Positions 9,557-16,523 of a DNA stretch of 64,000 bases are shown piece by piece; position 1 is the stretch's first letter, and each line of letters begins with the position of its first letter. Under the pieces are notes generated by a model. That model was not told the origin of the DNA and did no database searches. It saw nothing but the letters and a program-made list of their open reading frames with translations. This stretch comes from an uncultured Gammaproteobacteria bacterium (GTDB lineage: Bacteria; Patescibacteriota; Patescibacteriia; Patescibacteriales; GWE2-39-37). A program made the translations under genes and the position numbers. The stretch spans positions 213,496 to 277,495 of the forward strand of contig CAYUCS010000001.1 of NCBI GenBank assembly GCA_964443495.1. The letters run 5' to 3'.

Positions 9557-9700
9557 AATAAATTGGTCTTTGACAATTGCGTTGATGCAAAATAAAACTG
9601 AAAGGAGGTGAATTAACCGATTAAAAGGTTAAAAGCATCATAAATAAAATCTAGGAGGTACAGCAAGAATTAAAGAAAGTTTGGAGAGGAGGTTCGCAGA

Positions 9701-9937
9701 GTGGAAAAAGAAGATTTGCCCCAAAAAGGAGTAGTGAGGGCGATCAAGAGCGGCCATAACGGCCCTTATTTTTTGGCCGAATGCAAAATTGGGATGGTTT
9801 CCGTTTCTTTAAAAAAACCCGTTTGGCAAGAAGATGATATGCCAGAGGGCGGGAGCGGAGTGATCATCTCTGACATTCGCTGGAAGACTAAGGGTTGGCG
9901 TGGCCATAGCGCCAGATTTTTAAGGCCAGGAGATTGA
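9701..9937 (+). CDS. Small hypothetical protein (78 aa, GTG start)
   Basis: A strong SD (GGAGAGGAGG) lies 7 nt upstream of the GTG. No recognisable domain. Confidence 0.45.
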   Translation: MEKEDLPQKGVVRAIKSGHNGPYFLAECKIGMVSVSLKKPVWQEDDMPEGGSGVIISDIRWKTKGWRGHSARFLRPGD

Positions 9938-9969
9938 AATAAATCAACTGAACGAGAGGAGAATAAGGG

Positions 9970-10680
9970 ATGATGGAAAACATGAGTCCTGAACAAAAAC
10001 GGGACAGGCTGAGCACGATAGTGAAGTGGATTATTGCCATATTGGCGACTGCGCTTATTTCGCCGATCATCTTCCTTTCCATAAAGGGAATGGTCGGCCT
10101 GGCTATTGCGTTCGTAGTTGGCCAGGTAGTAATCCAGCTTGCTCCCGTAGCATCCTTGAAGCTGGCAAACTGGAAGATGAAGCTGCTCATTGCCGAGGTA
10201 AAGGCAAATCCGATTGAAACGATGAAAAACCTCTGGGTGGAAAAAGATGCCGAGCTGAAGGCGGCGGACGAGAGAATTGTCGATTTCGAAACCGAGGTCG
10301 GCGCTTTTGCCGATCATGTCACTGACTTTAGCCAGCAGTATCCCGAAGAATCTGAACAGTACAAGCTGCTGCTTGAAAAGATGCGCAGCTCACTTGAAGG
10401 CATGAAAACGGAGCAATCCAATGCCCGAGGAGAGTTGAAAGCATTCAAGGAGAAGATAACGAGAGCGGAAGCGATCTACTCGATGAGCCTTGCGGCCCAG
10501 AACGTGGTAAAGCTTTCCGGTTCAGCCGAAGCGGCCGTGTTTGCCGAAATAAAAGAGAAGGTCGCATTCGACTCGGTGCGCAATCAGCTTAACAGGGCTT
10601 TCGCGAATCTCAATCTCGCGCTTGAACGTCGTCAGGATGCAGTAAGGCTGGCGACCCCGAAAGCGATACCGGCACAATAA
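9970..10680 (+). CDS. Membrane protein with two N-terminal TM helices and a long coiled-coil C-terminal domain
   Basis: SD GAGGAG upstream. Hydrophobic segments WIIAILATALISPIIFL and GLAIAFVVGQVVIQLAPV are followed by a heptad-rich charged region. Confidence 0.65.
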   Translation: MMENMSPEQKRDRLSTIVKWIIAILATALISPIIFLSIKGMVGLAIAFVVGQVVIQLAPVASLKLANWKMKLLIAEVKANPIETMKNLWVEKDAELKAADERIVDFETEVGAFADHVTDFSQQYPEESEQYKLLLEKMRSSLEGMKTEQSNARGELKAFKEKITRAEAIYSMSLAAQNVVKLSGSAEAAVFAEIKEKVAFDSVRNQLNRAFANLNLALERRQDAVRLATPKAIPAQ

Positions 10681-10700
10681 AAAGCCAACAGGAGGCCTAC

Positions 10701-10865
10701 ATGAAGTTTAGGATTATCGCGTCAATTTTGCTTGTTGTCGTTCTGGCAGCCGCTTTTTATTTTACGGGCGGCTATGATGAGTTTGTCGGCGGTCAGGCAA
10801 CCGAAGGTCTGCCGGCAGCTGCGCCGAGCAATCAACCAGCAAATACTCCAAGCTACTATCGTTAA
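10701..10865 (+). CDS. Small (54 aa) signal-anchored or secreted peptide, absent from the ORF track because it is below the length cutoff
   Basis: AGGAGG lies 6 nt upstream of ATG 10701. My translation is MKFRIIASILLVVVLAAAFYFTGGYDEFVGGQATEGLPAAAPSNQPANTPSYYR*. Confidence 0.5.
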   Translation: MKFRIIASILLVVVLAAAFYFTGGYDEFVGGQATEGLPAAAPSNQPANTPSYYR

Positions 10866-10897
10866 CATTCTTTACCACCACACAAAAGGAGAAAAGC

Positions 10898-11884
10898 ATG
10901 AAGAAACAGTTCAGTTTTATCTGGATGGTATTTGTAATCGCCCTGTTGTGCGCAACCTCGGTTAGCGCTGAAATGGACCAGAAGTTGTTTCCCGGATGCA
11001 CCGATGAAAAGATAGTCATCGGCACCGGCCTGCCCACGGCGCCATATTCTCAGATGATCAAGACAGCCATCAAGGCCAACCCGAACATCTGCGAATATAT
11101 CGGCTCTACCGGAGGCGAGGATAATATTCAGGCCATGATCGACAGACTGATCGACGCTGGAATCGCACAGGCAGACGTGGTGGACTTTTTGAGCCGAACC
11201 GATCCGATGGTCAAGAAGAAGATCCGTTCACTCGTCGGCCTTCACACCAACTACGTTCACATATTCACCCTGAAAAACGGGTTCAAGGTGAGCCAAGGGA
11301 GGTTCAAGTCTGACAAGATCGTTTATGTGCGCGACTTGCAACAATTGAAAGGCGTCAATGTGGCGGCTTTCGGCTCGGGGCCAATTACTGCAACTTTGAT
11401 CAGTGAGCGCCTTGGGCTGAACTTGCGTATTACCAAGGTTGACAAGAAGGATGAAGGTCTGGAGATGCTTAAGAATGGTAAGGTTTACGCTTTTATCGCC
11501 ATGGGCGGCAAACCGATTCCCTGGGTCAAGGATCTGGACAAAAATACCATCACCATGGTTAACGTCAGCCAAGACGATGTCAAAAGGCTTGGTGCCCCGT
11601 ATTACCCCGGTAAACTGACCTACAAGAACCTGGACATCACCGGTATTAACACCATTGGCGTCCGCAACGACTTGATGGTCTGGAACCTTGAAGGCGGCAA
11701 GGGGGCACAAAAGCTTCTGGGCTTGAGGGGATTCTTCTATAGCGACCTTAACGACATCAAGGATGTGCGTGGCGCCCACCCGGCCTGGCAAGAAATCGAG
11801 CGAAGTACGCTTGACGACGTCAGCTGGCTACGTTACGAGCCGGCAGGGACTGCCAAGGTTTCAGCCAAGAAGAAGAAAAAATAG
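10898..11884 (+). CDS. Secreted solute-binding protein, TAXI/NMT1-like periplasmic-binding fold
   Basis: Signal peptide MKKQFSFIWMVFVIALLCATSVSA. Pattern IGTG..Y..... STGGEDNIQAMIDRLIDAGIAQADV resembles TAXI receptors. Lys-rich C-terminus. Confidence 0.5.
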   Translation: MKKQFSFIWMVFVIALLCATSVSAEMDQKLFPGCTDEKIVIGTGLPTAPYSQMIKTAIKANPNICEYIGSTGGEDNIQAMIDRLIDAGIAQADVVDFLSRTDPMVKKKIRSLVGLHTNYVHIFTLKNGFKVSQGRFKSDKIVYVRDLQQLKGVNVAAFGSGPITATLISERLGLNLRITKVDKKDEGLEMLKNGKVYAFIAMGGKPIPWVKDLDKNTITMVNVSQDDVKRLGAPYYPGKLTYKNLDITGINTIGVRNDLMVWNLEGGKGAQKLLGLRGFFYSDLNDIKDVRGAHPAWQEIERSTLDDVSWLRYEPAGTAKVSAKKKKK

Positions 11885-12062
11885 CTCTTTGTAACGCAGA
11901 ACAAGGCCGTCGGGCATGAGTGAAAACTTATGTCAGGCGGCCTTTTAAAATTATAATAATCCAGGCCTTAAACGATTGCGCGACAAAACAGAAGGTTGCT
12001 TTTTACGAGAATTTTGTTAATATCTTAGTATCGTTTTTTATAATACTCGCAGGAGGTGTGTC

Positions 12063-12368
12063 ATGTCCAAGGATGATGATGGCGGATGGGTGGCTTTCGG
12101 TTTGATGCTGCTAACAGGCTACTGCATCTACAAGAAGTTGGAGCGGGAGGCAGAAACAAAGGCGAAATTGCCGACGTCTCAGCCGCGGAGTCAGCCAGCC
12201 GCAGCGAGCTATTCTTACTCATCGTCAAGAAGTTCTGTTGACGAGCGCGAAGAGTGTCCCGGTTGCCACAGGCGAGAGGTGCTGTTGTGGGATGACAATA
12301 TAGGGCGCCGAGCCTGCGTCGCGTGTGGCGGAGGCATGGGGAGCGATGATTGCGAAAGCTGCCCCTAA
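12063..12368 (+). CDS. Small membrane-anchored zinc-ribbon protein
   Basis: SD AGGAGG upstream; TM helix WVAFGLMLLTGYCIY; CPGC...CVAC...CESC cysteine pairs. Confidence 0.5.
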   Translation: MSKDDDGGWVAFGLMLLTGYCIYKKLEREAETKAKLPTSQPRSQPAAASYSYSSSRSSVDEREECPGCHRREVLLWDDNIGRRACVACGGGMGSDDCESCP

Positions 12369-12383
12369 CCATCGACACAAACC

Positions 12384-12411
12384 GGCCGCCTTGTTCTCAA
12401 GGCGGCTTTTT
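12384..12411 (+). terminator. Rho-independent terminator
   Basis: gccgcc/ggcggc stem followed by TTTTT. Confidence 0.55.
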
Positions 12412-12441
12412 GATACATTGAACGTGAAGATAATAATTGTT

Positions 12442-12615
12442 ATGGATGACAAAAAAGCGGCGGCCATCTTGCTGGCTATGCTTGATAAATATCAATTAAG
12501 CGATGAGGAGAAGGAGGCAGTAAAGAATGCTGTCGGTATTTTGGGTTGGACTTCTTTGGCGCAGAGCAGGCTGAAGGTAATGAAGGAAAAGCGGGACAAG
12601 AAAGCTTTGCAATAG
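12442..12615 (+). CDS. Small hypothetical protein (57 aa)
   Basis: This ATG lies downstream of the 12384-12411 terminator, so the longer track ORF from 12325 is unlikely. The ORF is followed by its own terminator. No clear SD. Confidence 0.4.
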   Translation: MDDKKAAAILLAMLDKYQLSDEEKEAVKNAVGILGWTSLAQSRLKVMKEKRDKKALQ

Positions 12616-12635
12616 CCCGTTTATGCGAAAAATTG

Positions 12636-12665
12636 GCCGCTGGTCATGCTGATCGGCGGCTTTTT
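12636..12665 (+). terminator. Rho-independent terminator
   Basis: 10-bp stem gccgctggtc/gatcggcggc (two G-U pairs), 5-nt loop, TTTTT. Confidence 0.65.
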
Positions 12666-12727
12666 GCGTTTTAACGTCAGCTTAATCATGCGGCTGTAAA
12701 TTAACTTCATGGAATAAGGCCGCGCGT

Positions 12728-12952
12728 ATGAAAAAATTAATTTTCATATTAGTCCTCTCTGCCTTGGTTGGCGATCCGTTGGATTCGGGCTTTTTCGAAG
12801 CCCCAACCGGCGAACGTGTTTGGTGGAAATGGTTCGGCGCCTCGTTAGGCGTAATGGACGATAGGGGGCAGTGCTTTTGGAATGAGGGCGAGCCCAGGCC
12901 TTGCAGCTTCGCCGAGTTCAGCATAATGCTCAGCAGCGCGCCGCAGCTCTGA
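12728..12952 (+). CDS. Small putative secreted protein (74 aa)
   Basis: The N-terminus MKKLIFILVLSALVG is signal-like. There is no family match by eye. Confidence 0.3.
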   Translation: MKKLIFILVLSALVGDPLDSGFFEAPTGERVWWKWFGASLGVMDDRGQCFWNEGEPRPCSFAEFSIMLSSAPQL

Positions 12953-13046
12953 TTCGAAGCGAAGGCTGGGTTAATGATAATTTAATCAGGATCGTATTTA
13001 ATGATATGATAAGGCAAAAATAGCATATTACAACTAAGCTAAATAT

Positions 13047-13946
13047 ATGAAAAACATGAAAAACCAAAAGATAACCACGCATCTGTGGTATGACAAGGAG
13101 GCCAAAGAGGCGGCTGAATTCTATGTTTCCATTTTTGATGGTTCGAAAGTTAAAAATATCACAACGATCCACGACACCCCTTCCGGCGATGCCGACATCG
13201 TCGATATCGAGCTTGCCGGCGAAAGTTTTACCCTGATCAGTGCTGGACCGTATTTCAAGTTCACGCCGGCGGTTTCGTTCCTGGTCGCTTGCGACACCCC
13301 TGAGGAGGTAAATCTGTTGTGGGATAGGCTGTTCGAAGGCGGTTCGGCCTTGATGGAGCTCGGCAAGTACCCGTTCAGCGAGCGGTACGGCTGGCTGCAA
13401 GACAAGTACGGCCTTTCGTGGCAGATCATGCTCATGGGCGAGATGAGGGCGGCCCGCAAGATAACTCCGACAATGATGTTCGTGGGCGATGTAGCCGGCA
13501 AGGCAGAAGAAGCGATTAATTTCTACGTTTCAGTCTTTCGTGACTCGAAAATCGGAGACATTATGCGTTACGGAAAAGGCGAGGCGCCGGACAAGGAGGG
13601 AACGATAAAGCATGGGACGTTCGCTCTCGAAGGACTAGAATTTGCCGCCATGGACAGCGCATATAAGCATGATTTCGCGTTCAACGAGGCGATTTCGTTC
13701 ATGGTCCATTGCGACACCCAGGCAGAGATAGATTATTATTGGGACAAGCTTTCGGCGGTGCCGGAGGCGGAGCAGTGCGGCTGGCTCAAGGACAAATACG
13801 GCTTTTCGTGGCAGATCGTGCCGACGGCCATGGAGGAGATGATGAGCAGCGGCGACAGCGAAAAGATGGCACGAGTGACAGAAGCGTTCCTGAAGATGAA
13901 GAAATTCGACATTGCTGAATTGCAGAAAGCATATGAAGGCAGATAG
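13047..13946 (+). CDS. Tandem-domain VOC-superfamily protein (PhnB / 3-demethylubiquinone-9 3-methyltransferase-like domain x2)
   Basis: Two copies of the pattern ...FYVSxF.....I.......G.....F.L.G..F.......F.FN.A.SF.V.C....E.D..W..L......CGWLKDKYG(L/F)SWQI. Confidence 0.8.
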   Translation: MKNMKNQKITTHLWYDKEAKEAAEFYVSIFDGSKVKNITTIHDTPSGDADIVDIELAGESFTLISAGPYFKFTPAVSFLVACDTPEEVNLLWDRLFEGGSALMELGKYPFSERYGWLQDKYGLSWQIMLMGEMRAARKITPTMMFVGDVAGKAEEAINFYVSVFRDSKIGDIMRYGKGEAPDKEGTIKHGTFALEGLEFAAMDSAYKHDFAFNEAISFMVHCDTQAEIDYYWDKLSAVPEAEQCGWLKDKYGFSWQIVPTAMEEMMSSGDSEKMARVTEAFLKMKKFDIAELQKAYEGR

Positions 13947-14047
13947 CGGATGGCCGCGCGGGGCAGAGTCAGTGTATTTAAGAGCTCTTAATCATCGGTT
14001 AATCTGCCAGGTTTAAGATTTAATCATTAATAAATTAAACGAAACAT

Positions 14048-14416
14048 ATGGCAAAGTATGTCGATGGTTATGTCATTCCGATATCGAAGAAGAATCTTCC
14101 GGCTTATCTCCGCATGGCTAAGGAGGGGGCCAAAATCTGGAAAAAATACGGGGCTCTCGAATATTTCGAGTGCGTCGGTGACGACCTTAACCCGAAGTGG
14201 CCGGGGGTCAAGTTCCCGCGCCTAGTCGGAGCCAAGCCGAGCGAGACGGTCGTGTTTTCATTTGTCGTCTTCAAATCTCGGGCCGATCGTGATCGCATCA
14301 ACGCCAAGGTGATGAGCGACCCGGCCATGGATGACCCGAAATACAAGGATAAGCTGATGCCTTTCGATGAAAAGCGCATGGCTTACGGCGGCTTCAAGAG
14401 CATCGTTGACGCTTAA
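14048..14416 (+). CDS. DUF1428 family protein
   Basis: MAKYVDGYVIPISKKNL.AY...A......W.KYGAL.Y.EC.GDDL is typical of DUF1428. Confidence 0.75.
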   Translation: MAKYVDGYVIPISKKNLPAYLRMAKEGAKIWKKYGALEYFECVGDDLNPKWPGVKFPRLVGAKPSETVVFSFVVFKSRADRDRINAKVMSDPAMDDPKYKDKLMPFDEKRMAYGGFKSIVDA

Positions 14417-14527
14417 TGCGTAATCCGCTGGAAATCACAATCTCGTGAGGAGAGTTGGTCGGACTGGCTTGTCATGAAGTGCTGATCGAAATGATCCGGC
14501 TGAGATGCTATAATAAAATAAAGCCGT

Positions 14528-14830
14528 ATGAAAGGAATTACTTATACGATCAAGATGAAGGTTTGGCTGCATGACGGCCCCGCGGCCTGGCATTTCGTGA
14601 CACTGCCCAAGAAAGAATCTGATGAGATCCGGGAGCTTTTTGGCGGAATGAGCCGTGGCTGGGGTTCGCTTCCGGTCCGCGCAACGTTAGGAATGACGAC
14701 TTGGGAAACCTCGATCTTTCCTGACAAGGAATCGGAAGCCTATATTTTGCCGCTCAAAGTCCAAGTCAGAAAAACGGAAGGAATCGGTGCGGGCAGCGTC
14801 GTGCAGCTGGTGCTTGAAATATTGATCTGA
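14528..14830 (+). CDS. DUF1905 domain protein
   Basis: WHFVTLPKKESDEI...GWGSLPVRATLG.T.WETSIFP.....YILPLK matches the DUF1905 pattern. Confidence 0.75.
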   Translation: MKGITYTIKMKVWLHDGPAAWHFVTLPKKESDEIRELFGGMSRGWGSLPVRATLGMTTWETSIFPDKESEAYILPLKVQVRKTEGIGAGSVVQLVLEILI

Positions 14831-14852
14831 ATTTAATCATTCAAGCGATATT

Positions 14853-15248
14853 ATGCAAAACTATGATTGGTATCAGCAGCTGGCAAAGCCATCTTGGGCG
14901 CCGCCAGCTTGGCTTTTCGGTCCGGTTTGGACGGTTCTTTATGCCGTTATCGCTGTTTCTTTCGGCAAGGTTTTCCTGATGGCTTGGCAGAAGCAGGTTC
15001 CGCCATCAGTGGCATTGCCTTTCGTCCTCAACCTGATTTTCAATTTGGCTTTTACGCCCATCCAGTTCGGTCTCAAGAATAATTTTTTGGCCAGCCTTGA
15101 TATCGCTTTGGTGCTGGGCACTTTGATTTGGGCGATGGCCGCGGTTTATCCTTACATTCGATGGATAGCGTATGCGCAGATTCCTTATCTGATTTGGGTC
15201 GCATTCGCTACGATCTTGCAGCTAACAGTGGCTTATTTAAATAGATAA
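14853..15248 (+). CDS. tspO: TspO/MBR (tryptophan-rich sensory protein) family, short form
   Basis: YQQLAKPSWAPPAWLFGPVWTVLYAVIAVSF signature. At 131 aa it is shorter than typical five-TM TspO proteins. Confidence 0.75.
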   Translation: MQNYDWYQQLAKPSWAPPAWLFGPVWTVLYAVIAVSFGKVFLMAWQKQVPPSVALPFVLNLIFNLAFTPIQFGLKNNFLASLDIALVLGTLIWAMAAVYPYIRWIAYAQIPYLIWVAFATILQLTVAYLNR

Positions 15249-15251
15249 GAC

Positions 15252-15290
15252 AAAAAAATAGCGGTGGCTAGAGTAGGCCACCGCTTTTTA
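15252..15290. terminator. Bidirectional rho-independent terminator between convergent tspO and ddh
   Basis: agcggtggc/gccaccgct stem flanked by A7 upstream and T5 downstream. Confidence 0.7.
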
Positions 15291-15305
15291 GTTATGAGGT
15301 GCGTG

Positions 15306-16313
15306 TCAGATCAATTTGAGGTAGTCGTTCGGTTCGCGCAAAAGGTATTTGATCGGTACGTCGAGCGCGGTGAAAGCGCCGGTGACTCCGCCTTCATTGA
15401 AGTGGACGGCGGCCCGGGCGAATGCTAGCAGGATGCCCGCCGTGCCGTCAGGATTGCTGAGCCAGTCATTGCGGAATTCCATCCAGCCGTGTTCGGCGGC
15501 GGCAATGACCATGCCGTTGTGCGGCATGCCGCTGTGTTTGGCGTCGAGTTCCTCCTGGGTAATGAAAGCAACGGTCGTTTGGAACGGTTGGAAGTAGTTG
15601 GGCATGTTTATGATTTGTTCCTTGATGAGTTGCTGATCAGCACCGTCTTCCGGAACCACGAAACATTCGCGCCAGTGCATTTGGCCTGGTTCAAGCGTCG
15701 GATTTGTGCCGGAACGCATCAGTTCGATGCTGCCTGGCATGGCGTGAGTGTATTGCCTGGCGTCCTTGACGCCAGGAATGGTGCGGAGGGCGTCGGAATG
15801 ACCCATGCTGAGGCCGCCATTTTCGGTCAGGCCGTAAAATCCTTCGGCCTTGGCTTCGCCGAGGCAGGCGGTGAAAAGCGCGCGCATCATCGAGAAAAGG
15901 CCTGGATCCCAGCCTTGGCAGACCATGGCAGTATGGTCGCTGCCCTTGGCAACCGAATCCATGATGTGGAAATAGCCGCGCTGTTCCTGGCCGGAGCCGT
16001 CAACATAATCATCGATATGGGCATGAGTATCGAAGCTGCAGACAGTGTTGAAATATTGCGCTACCACCGGCGCTTGTTCGGGCAGATCATTCTTCGAACC
16101 GCCGCAAAGGATGGCCACATCGGCCATGCACTCTTTCCAGTTGTCGTTGCCGAAGTCCATGATTATCAGGTCTTCGACTTCTTTGGAGACTCTCTCGGGG
16201 TTACGGGTTACGATGCCGATGCACTCGAAATCCGGAAAGTGTCTGAGAGCGCCAAGTACGCTCCGTCCGATGTTGCCGAAACCGACGATTAAAAGCCTGA
16301 ATTTTCTTTGCAT
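15306..16313 (-). CDS. ddh: meso-diaminopimelate D-dehydrogenase
   Basis: It aligns by eye along its full length with Corynebacterium Ddh: IVGFGNIGRSV (Rossmann), GWDPGLFSMMR, GLSMGHSDALRTIPGVKDARQYT, HSGMPHNGMVI. Confidence 0.85.
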   Translation of the reverse strand: MQRKFRLLIVGFGNIGRSVLGALRHFPDFECIGIVTRNPERVSKEVEDLIIMDFGNDNWKECMADVAILCGGSKNDLPEQAPVVAQYFNTVCSFDTHAHIDDYVDGSGQEQRGYFHIMDSVAKGSDHTAMVCQGWDPGLFSMMRALFTACLGEAKAEGFYGLTENGGLSMGHSDALRTIPGVKDARQYTHAMPGSIELMRSGTNPTLEPGQMHWRECFVVPEDGADQQLIKEQIINMPNYFQPFQTTVAFITQEELDAKHSGMPHNGMVIAAAEHGWMEFRNDWLSNPDGTAGILLAFARAAVHFNEGGVTGAFTALDVPIKYLLREPNDYLKLI

Positions 16314-16523
16314 CCTTCACCTCCGTGTGGGGTATTTCTGTCTTTGTGACAGAAGGGTTGATGAAATGAGCGACAATAAAAAAATCCTTTTGAGGATTTA
16401 TTTAATATTAGCAAAAAAATATTTATTGTCAAGGAGTTTGCGTAAAGAGGGTGATTAGTTTTGACAAAAAACGGTAATTGTGATATATTATTATGTTTTT
16501 TAAGTAACATTAGGCAAGTAGTG

